The position numbers and the translations under genes are program-made. Of a stretch of DNA of 64,000 bases, positions 11,575 to 23,745 are shown piece by piece. Under the pieces are notes generated by a model. It had not been told where the DNA came from, ran no database searches, and saw nothing but the letters and a program-made list of their open reading frames with translations. The stretch is from Lama guanicoe. Taxonomy: Eukaryota. The stretch covers positions 1,552,001 to 1,616,000 of the forward strand of contig MU053652.1 of the NCBI GenBank assembly GCA_013239625.1, read 5' to 3'. How positions within the stretch are numbered: position 1 is the first letter of the stretch; every line of letters starts with the position of its first letter.

Positions 11575-12958
11575 TATTGTTAGTTTCCTAGGGCTGTGTC
11601 TGGGAAAAACTCAGTGTGTTTTCCTTTACTTTCACAGTACACTTCACTTCTGAGGCCAGATGTGTGGGTTTTCCACACATCAAGCAATTTTCTGACACCA
11701 GCTGGGTATTGTACAATTCAATTCGGGTCTGACACTATCTACCTGGAGTTAGTGTCAGATCCTACAAGTTAAGGGCTCAGTCTCACCAGTGCCCCAACTT
11801 CAGATGCCAATCGAAAGTCTCAGCTGCCACTTGTCCTTCTGACCAACCCATTGTAAATCCGGGTTCTCGTGACCCCCTCCTTGGGTTCCATTATTTTCTA
11901 GAATGGCTTACAGAACTCAAGGAAACTCTTAGTTATGTCTACTGGTTTATTACAAAGAATGAAGAATGAAAGAAAGGGTACAGAGGAGCAGTCAGGTGGA
12001 GAGATACGTAGGGTGAGATTTGGAGAAGGGGCATGAGGCTTCTGTATGATCCCTGGTTGTGCCACCCTCACAGCACCTCCATGTGTCCAGCAATCTAAAA
12101 GCTCTGTGAACCCCATCCTTCTGGGATTTTTATGGAGGCTTCATCACATAAGCAGGATGGGTCATTAACTCAGTCCAGCCTCTCACCCCTTCTGAAGGAT
12201 GGGGAATCAGGCTGAGCGTTCTAAGCTTCTAGTCATCACTTGGTCTTTCTGGTGACCAGCTCCCCATCCTGATGCTACCCAGGAGCCCACCAAGAGTTGT
12301 CTCATTAGAACAAGAGACACCCAGGAAATTCCAACAGATTTAGGAGCTCGGTGTCAGGAGGCAGGGTCAAAGACCAAATATTAGGACAAAAGGTGCTCCT
12401 GGTGTTCCTATCACTTGGGAAATTACAAGGGTTTGAGGAGCTCTGTGCCAGGAACCAGGAGCAGAAACAGATATATATTTTTCTATTATTTCGTAGGCTG
12501 ACATAACAAAGCTTCACAAACTAGATGGCTTAAAACTACAGAAATTTATTGTCTAGAAGTGAGAAACGGCTTTGTATGGCTAGAAGTGAGAAACCAAGAC
12601 GTCAGCAGGGCCACACTCCCTCTGAAGGCTTTAGGGGAGCATCCGTCCTTCCTCTTCCCAGATTGAGGTGGCGGCCACCACGCCTTGGCGTTCCTGAACT
12701 CGCACCTGCATCATTCCACACTCTGCCTCCAGACCCACAGGCATTCTTCCTTTGTGTCTCTCTGGGTCCAGACTTCCCTCCTCTTAGGAGGACAGCAGTC
12801 ACACTGGATTCGGGCCCACCCTAATCAAGTATATCCTCATCTTAAGTACATCCCCAAAGACCTATTTCCAAATAAGGTCAAACATGCACAAGTATTGGGA
12901 GTTAGGACTTGAACATATTTGGTGAGGGAGGAGGGGGCTACAGTTCAACCTATTAGCA
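11575..12958 (-). mobile_element. MaLR solo LTR MLT1C-like, split by a nested MER21 LTR
   Basis: TTAGTTTCCTAGGGCTG | ACATAACAAAG...GGGCCACACTCCCTCTGAAGGC...CTATTTCCAAATAAGGTCA...GTTCAACCTATTAGCA is contiguous once 11597-12500 is removed. Confidence 0.85.
11597..12495 (-). mobile_element. MER21-type solo LTR (ERVL group)
   Basis: Diagnostic CTGACACTATCTACCTGGAGTTAGTGTCAGATC, TAGAATGGCTTACAGAACTCAAGGAAAC and GGAGCTCTGTGCCAGGAACC; 5-bp TSD GGCTG at 11592-11596 and 12496-12500. Confidence 0.85.
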
Positions 12959-13299
12959 ATAACCAAACCAAGACCCAGCTCTCTGCCTGGCTTTTTATGT
13001 CACCAGAACTGACCCAAATCTACCATTCTCACCTGCCTACTTCCCAACAAGCCCTCCACGCACAGTCATACCTCTGGGCCTTTGGCCTTTCCACCATCTG
13101 TCATGTCCCCTTCCCATTCTCCAGGGCCAAGGCCTAGTGCCTGGTCCCCAAATCCTGTCTAGTGATTCCATCACTCTGTCAGCTCATACTGAATTCCTTC
13201 TCTGAATTCTTCCAGCCGTTGCTCAGACATAGCATTATCTGTGTGGTACATGAAAAAATAATAATAATAATAAAACAAAGCCTAGCTTGAATGTTCTAG

Positions 13300-13541
13300 T
13301 CTAGTGGGGTTAAGAGGAAAAGTTCCTGGACCTTGGTGGCACAGCATGGATCTGAAATTAGTTCTGCCACTTCCTAACTGTGTGACCTTGAATAAATTAC
13401 TCCTCCTCTCTGTGCCTCAGCTTCTTTGTCATTAAAATGTGGATAATACCAGGGCCAATCTCATAGATTGTTGTGGGAATTAAATGAGATGATTCCTACA
13501 GAGTGCTCAGTGCGGGGATGGCACATTAGCTATTTTTATTG
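13300..13541 (+). mobile_element. MIR SINE (near full length)
   Basis: TCTGCCACTTCCTAACTGTGTGACCTTGAATAAATTACT...CTCTGTGCCTCAG...TTGTTGTGGGAATTAAATGAGAT. Confidence 0.85.
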
Positions 13542-14590
13542 TGAGGATGGGGAAGCTTGCCTTTTAAAAGCATCTCTTTCTAGGTTGGCGCTGAGCCTGG
13601 GATGCTGTGCACAGCCAGGGCTGGAATCGACAAAGGAGGGCCCGTGAAGGGCTGGGACAGGGGGGAGTGCAGGACCACATGGGCTGAGTCCCAGGAAGCT
13701 GCGGTGGCTGGGCAGGGTGGCGGTGGGGGGCAGAGTCTGATGTGAACAAGGTCATGTTCAGGGAACAGGGGTGAGAGATGTGGCCACTTGCGCATTGAGA
13801 TAGAGATATATCAGGGTCCCTGCCCTTGTATGGAGAAGCAGCTTATCAAATGAACAAACTGTTGAATGATAAATGTGGGTCAAAAGTGTCATAGAAAGAG
13901 ATACGGGTAGGGTGGGGCTCCCAGTAAATAATTACTTCAAGTCAGAGTGTGGAAAAGTGGGCAAGAATCTGTGGCATCTTGTGGCCAATTCTGTCATTTT
14001 ACATTAGTTGGTGTGTACCGGTTATTGAATGACAACTGTTTACCAGATTATTAAGACTCTCCTCCAGTGCATGTCACAAGAACCAGCTCAAGCTAATTTA
14101 ACATGAAAAGAACTTTATTATGAGGATACAGGGGTGTGAGCTTCCTGGAACCCAAGGGCGGAGATGAACTAGAGGCAGGGACTAGAGTGTTGTCTGCGTG
14201 CTGTCTCTTTTTTCCTCTCTGTGTATGTGTCCATCTCCTCTCTTTCCATTTGAGCCTGCCTTTTCCAGCTGTTCCAGGCTGCCTGGCAGAGCACAGCGTC
14301 CCCATCAGCTCCTGGGCTCCTGGGTGTTTGTGGTCCTGTATCTCACTCAGTACCTATCTGATGCCCAATCTTGGGGGAGGAGACTCATATTGGCATGCTT
14401 TGGGATAGGTGCCCACCCTGGACAACAGACTGGTAGTGGAGTCAGGTATCCTGACACCCACCCCTGGGATTATGCAGAATGGAGACACAAGGGGGACTTC
14501 TCAGAAGAGGACGGTGCACAGCGATGGGCACAGCTTGGGCACAGCTTGACAAACAGCCCACATAGAGCCTAAAGTAAAGATGGTCTGCTG

Positions 14591-14790
14591 TGTACTTTAT
14601 ATACATTATCTTTTAAATCCTCATCACAGGGGAAGGGTATAGCTCAGTGGAAGTGTGCATGCTTAGCATGCATGAGATCCTGGTTCAATCCCCAGTACCT
14701 CCATTTAAAAAAAATCCTCATCACAACCTTGCAAAATATGCATTAATATTCCCAATATACTGCTGCAGAAACTGAGGCTCGGAGTGATCA
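14591..14790 (-). mobile_element. MIR SINE interrupted by a vic-1-like SINE
   Basis: ACTTTATATACATTATCTTTTAAATCCTCATCACAACC...AGAAACTGAGGCTC is the antisense MIR core. Confidence 0.7.
14629..14711 (+). mobile_element. tRNA-Ala-derived SINE (vic-1-like, short form)
   Basis: GGGGAAGGGTATAGCTCAGTGG...GGTTCAATCCCCAGTACCTCCA plus A tail; 14-bp TSD AAATCCTCATCACA (14615-14628 / 14712-14725). Confidence 0.92.
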
Positions 14791-16288
14791 TGTAATAGAG
14801 TCATTATTAACATGTAATGGATGCAGAGTTTTAATGTAGATCTCTGTGCAACTAAGGTTCAAAATTAAATAATTAGCCCAGAGCCAGAATTAATTGGTAG
14901 CTGGAGTTGGGCTGAGAGGTGCGATATAGCCTAAAAAATACAAAACCATACCCAAGGACAACTCACAAACAGACCGCAGTCTCACAACTGGGAGCCTAGT
15001 GTAACTGCTGCCAGTTGGCTGCCCTGTCTCTCAAGTCCTCATGGGGGCCCTGCCCTCCTCCATGCTGTATGAGCTGGGCCCTGGGGCCTGGGGGCCTCTT
15101 CTGCAGCAGAGGCCCAAGATGTGCACCTGCAAGGCTGAATCCTGGCTCGAAGGTGGTCACAGAGCTGGTCTGTATTGGCGCTGGGCTCCCCCACTTCTTC
15201 CTGCAGCCAGAGCTGGTGCCAGAATCCTCTCAGGGGAGGTCAGCGAAGCTTCTGCTCAGAGACCAGACACAATCACTGTCTGGATTATCTGCAACTCAGG
15301 GCCACAGAGTAGCTGGGCAGAAGTGATTTACAGAGGAATAATTCCCAACAAGGGATTCTGGTGACCTTATAAACCAAGACACTGAAGCAGCTTGGCTTGT
15401 CTCTTCCCAGGGTGGAATTAATTCCACCTAACTCTGTGCAGTCCATTTGATTTTTTTTTCAAGAAAAAGAATACAGACCTCAGTGGTCTGTGCTGTTTCT
15501 TTGAGACATTTAAACCACCAGTTGCATTAGTGTGGGAGTTACTTGGAGGAAGAGTGAAACCAGCAAACTGGCTATGAGAATAAAAATATGGCGTAAAAAG
15601 AAAGAGAAAAAATGTTAATACTTCTGTTTCAAGGCTAACATCTCTTTTCTGGGTACTTGTGGGATTTTTTTTTCCATTTTTGATTGATTGATTGACCACG
15701 GTTGATGGGTATATGTATCAGAAACTTTTGGTTCTAATAAAGGGAAAGATTCTCTTTCTTTCTCCATGCTTTTTTTTTTTTTTCGGTTCATAGAATTGTA
15801 CCAACACTTCCTGATGGTATCAGGAAGAAGCTTCTTTCTACCTCCTCCTCCTCCTCCTCCAACGGGGGAGGGAGATTCCACCGACAGGTGAGATGGTGAG
15901 AGTCTGGCATTTCTGGTCCGTGTGTCCCTGTGGGGCAGGATCTGCATCAGACTGATTCCCATGTCTCTGGTCTCTCTTGGACTCGCTCCCCTAGCAAAGA
16001 TGAGAAACAGGCCCTTGTCATCCATGGTTACCATTCTGCTGCTGAGTACATGTCTGTTTTACTTACTCACACCTCCCCTGTGTGTGCGCACTAAGGTTGG
16101 GGCTTGGGAAGAAAGAGTAGGAAGCTTGTTTTGGTCTTGGGTCTAAACCATGTCTTCAACTTTTACCAGTTAAAAAAAAAACCAATATTTTTATTCCTAC
16201 TTAACTCCTGTTTAACTCTGTTATCTCAGTTTATTTGGAAGTCAGAGGTGAGAGGGTTACGATCAGTGGTCACTTCCTCAAAGGACAG

Positions 16289-16461
16289 GAGTCCACTATA
16301 TAGCACAGGGAACTACATTCAGTAGCCTGTAATGAAAAATAATATGAAAAGGGATATATATATTTGTGTGTGTGTATGTATATATATGTAACCGAATCAC
16401 TATGCTGCACACCAGAAATTAACACAACATTGTAAACCAACTATATTTCAATTAAAAAAAA
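16289..16461 (+). mobile_element. L1 3'-terminal fragment (cetartiodactyl type)
   Basis: TATAGCACAGGGAACTACATTCA...GAATCACTATGCTGCACACCAGAAATTAACACAACATTGTAAA followed by poly(A). Confidence 0.85.
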
Positions 16462-16609
16462 GGTCAAAAGTCCATTTTCATTTAGTACCACAACCACTAG
16501 CTATGTTAGTGACCCGGATAGTAAGCACTTTCCTCATTAAAAGTGCTAAATTGTGTCTAGAACCATCGTCTGGGGAAGGATTGGCTTTCTGGAAAATGAC
16601 TGGGGCAAA

Positions 16610-17065
16610 GAGCGAGGAGGTTGGAGTTAGATGAACCTGAATTTGAATCCTGGTTTCTCCACTTAGTAGTAGTTGAACTTGCGAAAGTTATTTCAAGTCT
16701 CTGACTCTCATATTTCATATCTTCATTCCATAACTTTATTAGGGACATAAGAAAACTCATTTCCAAGTGTCACTGTGATGATTAGCAGCAATAGCCCACA
16801 AGCTGTTACTGAGAACTTATTATGTGATAGGCACGGTTCTAAGTACCTGGATTACATCAACCTTACGAGGAAGGAGCTATTTTACCTCCTTTGTACATGA
16901 ATCTGAGAGAAGTTAGTAACTCACTCAAGATCACACAGCTATTAATTATGCTTAACCATTGATAGCACCGTTATCACCTTTCAGCTGAACAGAGATTCAG
17001 TGAGAGATGCAGGTGAAATTACCTGCCATGGTGTCTGGCACATGGAACACTCTCAGTCAATAATG
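16610..17065. mobile_element. MIR cluster (+ strand MIR with an antisense MIR at ~16800-16960)
   Basis: + strand: GGAGTTAGATGAACCTGAATTTGAATCCTGG and ...TGTCTGGCACATGGAACACTCTCAGT; - strand: TTACTGAGAACTTATTATGTGATAGGCAC...CTCACTCAAGATCACACAGCT. Confidence 0.65.
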
Positions 17066-18049
17066 TGTCCTTTTCCCCCTCTATGCTGGGGAGACGTCTG
17101 GGTCAGAGGCTGCACTGGGTCCAGCTCACTTTTAAGAGCACAAAGCCGTCCTAAGTCCTTTGAACGTCTCTCTTTTCTATCAATGCCCAAAGTTCAACTA
17201 AGACGCTGGATTCTTTGCCCTCCATACCCAGGCCCTGGTGTCCAGGGGATATAACCTCTTGTCCGGACCTAGAACTGTCTGTTTCTTTTCTGGAGAATTC
17301 TGGGATCCATCCAGGGCTGATGTTGAGGGTGGCCATTGATGGTGATACCACTTAAGAGAGAACCCTCCAGAATCCCTTGATAAGAGCAAGGAGACCATGA
17401 AGACATAAAGGAGCTGGTGGTGAGACAGAGGCGCCATGGCCATTTGATTTTATAGCTGTTAGAGCATGTAGGTGTCACCCATGAAGCTTGCTCTGGGGCG
17501 TGCAAAGCTGTGCTGAGTGTGGACCCCAAACCACGAGTCATGGAGAGACAGGTAGAACAGCACTCTGAGAGTCAAGGTCATTAGCTACGTGGAGGGGACA
17601 AGGCTTTCATATTTTGATTTAATTGTGTTTAACCTTCATGAAAGGAACTGGGACCCCGATTCTGTAATAAACCAGAGTTATGCCTGAGAAAAATCATACC
17701 AGAGTCTGAAAAATTGAGGTTTAACTGGAATTTACCCAGACAATCACTGGGGCTGCAAATTATGAGGAGTTCGTACGAGAAGCCCTTGATTCTTCTGTGA
17801 TTTGAGCCTTTGGAACCAGCCGTCTTCTAATTGATTTGGTTTAGAGGAGTAAATTTCGCCAGCAAATTGAGGTCTGAGTAAGAATGAGAGATGAGTCCTC
17901 GTCTCGGCTCCCTGATTGCTTTTCCCACGAGTGAAATGGGGATTTTATCGTCACCTTCTTTCTTAGGGCTTTGTTGTGTGAGGAGAGACGTGCTTTAGAA
18001 AAGGACTGATGTGTACCCCTGAATCAATTGCGAACCTAATTCTACTCTA

Positions 18050-18470
18050 ATCAGTTGATATGTTCAGCTACACGTGCCCCTCCCCCAAGGAAAGACCCCA
18101 AACAGTGCCTTAAACAAGGTAGGAGTTCTCTCTCTTGTAAAGAATCCAAAAGCGTTCATCTGGGGCTGCCGCGGAAGCTTCCTGGTGTGAGGAGTCCAGA
18201 CGCTTTACTTGTTCCTCTGTTACACGGGCTTCTGTTCCTAGGGTCACCTCCTGATCCATTATGGTTCCTCAAACCCCAACCATTGTATCCCCCCTTCTAG
18301 AAAGCAAGGAGAAGAAAGAAATACACATCCCCTCCCTTGAAGTACACTTTCTCAAGTTGTACCTACCTTTTCACTTACATCCCATTGGCCAGAATGTAAT
18401 CACTTGGTCTTTATTCCAGCTAAAATTAGGAGTTCTATCACTAAAGAAGAAGAAAAGAATAGAGCATCAC
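18050..18470 (-). mobile_element. MaLR LTR, MLT1J-like
   Basis: CAGTGCCTTAAACAAG near one end and CACTTACATCCCATTGGCCAGAATGTAATCAC...CCAGCTAAAATTAGGAGTTCTATCACTAAAGAAG near the other. Confidence 0.6.
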
Positions 18471-18844
18471 TAATGTCACTAATGGTTGTCCTTTTTTTTT
18501 TAAACAGAAAATTCAATTAGATGACCTCTGGAGATTCCTTTAGGGAGAAGTATATTTCTTTATATTAACAATTCCTTTAGTAAATATTCTCTCATTACTT
18601 CCTGAGGCCTCCCATGTGCTCAATGACGTAGGAGGTGCTTTGAGGACTATGACGATGGATAAGACAGATTATCTGATTTCAAGATGCTTACAGTTCACTC
18701 ATTTATTCAATAAATACTGTATGAAAAGCTCCTGTGTACCAAGTATGTGCTCACTTCTGGAGATATAAAGCAAAAAAGAAGTATGGAGCTAACCTGAAGA
18801 AACAAGAATAAATGAAATAATAAATATAATAGAAGAAATGAAAA

Positions 18845-19440
18845 ATTGGTAACAAAAAGTAATAAAAAAGATTAAGAAAATCAAATAGAATTAAATAGAC
18901 ATCTGAAAAGATTGATCAAGACAAAAGAGAGAAGATACAAATAAATAAAACGTGGAATGAAAAGAGAAATAACCACAGACAAAGCAGAGAGTAGAATAAT
19001 AAGCATGTTATGAATAGTACTAGATTTACAATGGATGTAATGGATACATCTTTAGGAAATATAAACGCCAAAATTGGTATAAGAAAAAGAAATTAGAGAA
19101 AATAATTAGAACATAAGTACTAAAGAAATTGGTGTGATAACTGAAGACCTCTTATTCCCTCAAAATCCAGGCTCAGACAGTTGGTGGGGGGGGTTGTAAT
19201 ACGGCTAAAATTATAAATTGTTTAATACTACTTCAAAGTGGGTTTTTTTTTAAATATAGTTGATTTACAGCGTTGTGTTAGTTTCTGGTGTACGGCAAAG
19301 TGATTTATACATACAGGCTATATATACGTATGTATGTGTGTGTATATATGTGTGTGTGCGTGCGTGTGTGTGTGTATACAGGTTCAGATAGTTTTAAAGT
19401 TCCACTCTATCAAACTTACAAAGAACAGTGAATTCCTGCC
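18845..19440 (+). mobile_element. Old L1 ORF2 remnant (linker/Z-domain region), interrupted
   Basis: A-rich; AGATTGATCAAGACAAAAGAGAGAAGATACAAATAAATAAA, ATGGATACATCTTTAGGAAA and AATCCAGGCTCAGACAGTT (PGPDGF-like), resuming at CTATCAAACTTACAAAGAA (YQTFKE-like). No open frame. Confidence 0.65.
19243..19380 (-). mobile_element. Short L1 3' end with (TA/TG)n expansion
   Basis: T-tract then ATAGTTGATTTACAGCGTTGTGTTAGTTTCTGGTGTAC, the reverse complement of the L1 terminus. Confidence 0.75.
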
Positions 19441-20989
19441 ATGCATATAAAAATAAATATTTTATTCTAGGACCATGAAGCATATGACATTATCTATTTA
19501 TGTAAATAAAAATTTCATGTACATAAAAACATACACATTTTATAAAAACAATAGAACATAAAAACAAGAGAACCTCATTAACTTCATTAGGATGGTAGTC
19601 AGTGGTCAAGGTAACAGGATGGGGAGAGGAGAATTAAGGGAATAAATAAATACAAGAATGAATGAATGGAGAGAGGCCATACATGAACAAAAGTGTCATG
19701 AACTAGGAGTATGGCTGCTCCAGTTCTCTGACCTGAGACCTAGTGGAATAGAAAAGAATAAAGATGCTCAAATTATGGTCACTGGGGCTTACAATTTAGT
19801 AGAAGGAGATAGAGAATTTCATTTGAGAACGAAGTCATAAAGATACTTGGGAACAGTCCTGCCCATGGTAGGGTTGGGGCATAAGTCATAATGTAGTGAC
19901 TTCTGCGCAGGTGGGGACTGGGGAGATGAGAATGTTGAGGGGACAGTGACACACCAGTGGGTGAGACAGGCATGGCATAAATGATGTAATTCAAAGAGCA
20001 ATAGAGAAAAAATTAAAAATGAATGTTAAAAGTAAATCCAATGGGAAGGCAATGACAAAGGGGGATACTCCTGTGTAGGGAATAGAAGAAGGCATCTTGA
20101 TACCAGAGCTGGGCCCACAGAACTGGGCAAATGACTCAGACCGTCCACCAATCTGGAGCCACATCCCGGTTCAGAAGTGGTTGCTGATACTGGCTTCAGA
20201 CTGTCCACGGAGCCCAGATTAAAGCTCTGTACAGTCATACACCTCACATAATCAGTGTGACCTGAGAGCCAATCAGACACTTAGTAATAAAACATAAACT
20301 TGACTCTGCTTCCCCAACTAGGAATAAAAATATATCCCTTTAAACCAGGTCCTAGTGCCGTTTTTCCCCCCAGGACCATGGCATTTAGGTTCTGCCTCCA
20401 AATTCGCAGATGTAATGAGATAATTTATCATGGAAAATTATTGCATGATCATCAAAAAGTAGTGAAAGTTGTCACAGCCTCTCTTCTTAATGGTGGTTCT
20501 CACTGACCTCCTCCCCCTACCCTGAAAATGAGCTCTAAGGGCAGAGTGTGGAGCCAACCCAGGGATCTGATGCTGTTTAATTCACTCAGGCAGTCAACCA
20601 TGAATGCATTTTTTCAGAAGTAAAGGCAACTTCTGTAACTTTTTAATTAAAGCATAAAAGCTCTTAATTAAGGAGACATAAATCACTGAGAAACCTTTAC
20701 ATCTTCTTAATCTTTTGTGGCACCGCTCATATGTTTCCAGCTTTTTCCACTCCGACCTCAGAGGCAACAGGGTATGGAGAGAGACAGCACTGCTTGGCAG
20801 TGGTCCTGGAGCAGTGGCTTGGCAGGACCAAGCATTCAGTGGCCGTGCTATGGCAGAGATGCTGGTGAGGAGCCTGCGCTTGGAGGCTTTGGAACAAGAG
20901 CATTCAGCCCCGTTTCTCTCTTAACCTGAGTCCACTCTGAGAGTTTTTGGTAGGTCAAGGTGGCAGCCGCTTCCGGGGTACAGAGGGAC

Positions 20990-21470
20990 GAGTCACACAA
21001 AACCACAAGGAAACAATCAAACAGTTTGAGAATGCAAAACGTTCCATAAGGCCATCAGCCTGGGTTACCCAAAAAGTCAGTGTCATGAAAGACAGGAGGT
21101 GGAGAACTATGCTGAATTAAAGGAGACTCAAAAGACATAACAATGAAACACAGTGTGTGAACTTTGATTGGATCCTGATTAGAAGCAAACAAACTATGAA
21201 AGACATTCCTTAGGACAGTGGAAAAAATTGAGTATATACTTGACATTAGGTGATATTATGGAATTGTTATTCACTTTATTATGTATGATCATGGTATGGC
21301 AGTTAAGAGAATGTTTTATTCTCAAGAGAGTTATGAGGAAGTATCTAAGTGACATTTCATGATGTCCACAAATGGTATCAACTGTTGGGCAGAGAGTGGA
21401 GGGTATCTGTATGTTCATCTTGGTAATGTTTAAACTGTCCATGTATGTATGAAACAACGTTGTAACAAAA
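20990..21470 (+). mobile_element. Old L1 3' UTR (L1MC-like)
   Basis: AAAGTCAGTGTCATG...TTAAAGGAGACTCAAAAGACATAACAA...TTGATTGGATCCTG...TTAGGTGATATTATGGAATTGTT. Confidence 0.7.
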
Positions 21471-22537
21471 CTTGAAGGAAGAAGGAATGACAGCCTCTGT
21501 TTCTTTGTGTCTTGGAGACCTCCTGCTGCATGGGAGCCAGAGCTCTACTGATGTGGGAGCAGAATCAGGGTTGGCAAGTATAGCTGGGCCAGTCTTCCTC
21601 TCTGCTGTGACATGGAGTCTGGACGTTGTAAATGCAGCCCCTTCCAGGTTTTAAAATAATCTGGGCCTCAGAAGGAGGCAGCTCTTTGGGTCTTCAATGG
21701 TAGCACTTATGGTTTGTCCACCTGGATCTGAAGATTCAAACCTGAGGGGCACAGCAGCCCCCGTTGGCAGGAAGCTCTCAGCCTAGCATGGGAGACAGAT
21801 GATCAGTCAGTTCCCACAGTGTCATGACCTCATGTAGAGGCTTCTGATATGCATGTGATCAGGCCTGGCATGGTGCTTGGTACCCCCAAATGTTTATGAC
21901 GTCATAATCCTTTTTTCTCTGTTTAAAGATAGGAACAAGGACAGCATATACCTCTCAAAGTGGTGCCTGTTGTTCTGTGCGGCATTGCACACAGCCACTG
22001 GATGCTGAGGGTGGATGCAGGGAGGTGAGGGAGTGGTAGGTCTTAGAACCTTTTGACTGGCTGGATCCCCTGTGGATCCAGAGTCTAGAAAGGGACTGAA
22101 TCTCCAGGATCCAAGGCCAGCAAAGATGTATGTGTCTGAGTGGAAATGTCACTGGGCTAGATCAAGAAACCTGCAAACTCTCTAGCCCTGCAATGAAGCA
22201 GCCTCATTCTCCTAGGGCTCTGAGGCTGATAAAGCAGGTTGGATGTGTGTAGTATGGAGATCAGCATGGGGCCAATTAAGGGACTAGCCTAGCCACACAG
22301 CTCGAGATGAAAATGACTCTGGAACATCCTAACCAAAACATTGAACACTCCTTTGCCAAAACCGAAAAAGAGTTTAATGTAGAGAGTGCTGGAGAGAACT
22401 TGAAGAGCACCTGGCCCCATGGTTTTCAAAGGATGCTGCCAGGAACTTCTAGGACAATTAGGAAGTTCAAACTGAAGTCACGATTCAGTTGGAAAGTCAC
22501 AAACCGAATCCAACCCACTCCTGTTAGAGGAGGTGAG

Positions 22538-22966
22538 GACATCAGCTTCCTAGGGCGACGGTAACAAAGTACCACAAACTGTGTGGCTTTACAGAAATGT
22601 ATTGTCTCACAGTTCTGGAGGCTAGAAGTCTGAGATCAAGGTGTCAGCAGGGCCACGCCCCCTCAGACGGCACTAGAAAAAGATCTGTTACAGCCTTTCC
22701 TCTGAGTTTCTGTTAGTTTCGTGGCTTGTTGCAGTGTAGCTCCAAGTACAGACACCATGACATTTTCCTCATGTGTGTCTGTGTCCCAATTTCCCCTTTT
22801 TATTAATTATTATAAATTAGGGACCCACTCTACTCCAGTATGATCTCGCTTTAACGAATTATACCTGCAATGAGCCTGTTTTCAATTCAGATCACATTCT
22901 GAGGCACTGGTGGTTAGGATTTTAACTTAGGAATTTGGGTAGGGGGTTCATAATTCAACCCATCAT
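22538..22966 (-). mobile_element. MaLR solo LTR, MLT1C-like
   Basis: GTAACAAAGTACCACAAACTG...CTCACAGTTCTGGAGGCTAGAAGTCTGAGATCAAGGTGTCAGCAGGGCC...AATTCAACCCAT. Confidence 0.85.
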
Positions 22967-23249
22967 GGTGAACTGGAGGGAAATGGACTTGCCTCAGCTC
23001 AGATGGACCTGCCTGGCACCCGAGCCTAAGTCTGGGTCTCCTGATTGATCATTAAGAGCACTTTACATCATTGCAAGCTGTCTCCTCCTTGATGCTCAGA
23101 CTAAACAAGGGGCCCCAAGCATGTTTTCTTAGCTCTAGTATAGGAGTCATTTGCCAGTTTGGGAGTGCCCATCATTCCACCTCTTTGTTAGCACCTAGTC
23201 TCCCTCTTGGAGTCTCCTATGGTGTTGCACTTCCTGGGCACATAGTACG

Positions 23250-23576
23250 AATTTCCCATTCTCAGATTTGAGTGGGCAGACTCTCCCTTTGTCTCCAGGG
23301 AGCCAGATGGACACATGCCTTAGACTCAGGCCGTAAGACTCATTCTCTTGGGCCTTGCCCCCTGAGTAAGCGATGCCATGATGTGGAGACCACAGCAATA
23401 CCCAGGCTCGCCCGTTCCTGCAGGCTGGCTCTGCTGCGCTTGCTCCTGGTCATCCTCCAGACCCCCTGGCATGCCCACTCCTATGAGTTCCTGATGTTCT
23501 TCTGTAAATTCCATTTTTGTTTAAGAGAGGCAGAATCCATTCCTGTTACTTATAAGAGCAAGTTCTGATTGATACA
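23250..23576 (+). mobile_element. MaLR LTR 3' part (old MLT1)
   Basis: Ends AAATTCCATTTTTGTTTAAG...CTGTTACTTATAAG...CTGATTGATACA, a typical MLT1 3' terminus. The 5' boundary is uncertain. Confidence 0.4.
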
Positions 23577-23634
23577 CCAGGGTGTCACGGGTTACCTGGA
23601 CAGGTGTCACTCAATTTACTTTAATTTAAGAATA

Positions 23635-23745
23635 GGGGGAAGGGGTTATAGCTTAGTGGTAGAGCACATGCTTAACATGCAGGAGGTCCTGGGTTCAATC
23701 CCTGGTACCTCCATTAACAAATTAAAAAATTAAATTAAAAAAAAT
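23635..23745 (+). mobile_element. tRNA-Ala-derived SINE (vic-1-like)
   Basis: GGGGGAAGGGGTTATAGCTTAGTGGTAGAGC...GGGTTCAATCCCTGGTACCTCCA plus A-rich tail; no clear TSD. Confidence 0.88.

Noticed and set aside
17300..17740. Possible ancient LTR (MamGyp-like), with AATAAA at ~17666
   Set aside because: Only a vague resemblance; no termini or TSD could be established without a profile search.
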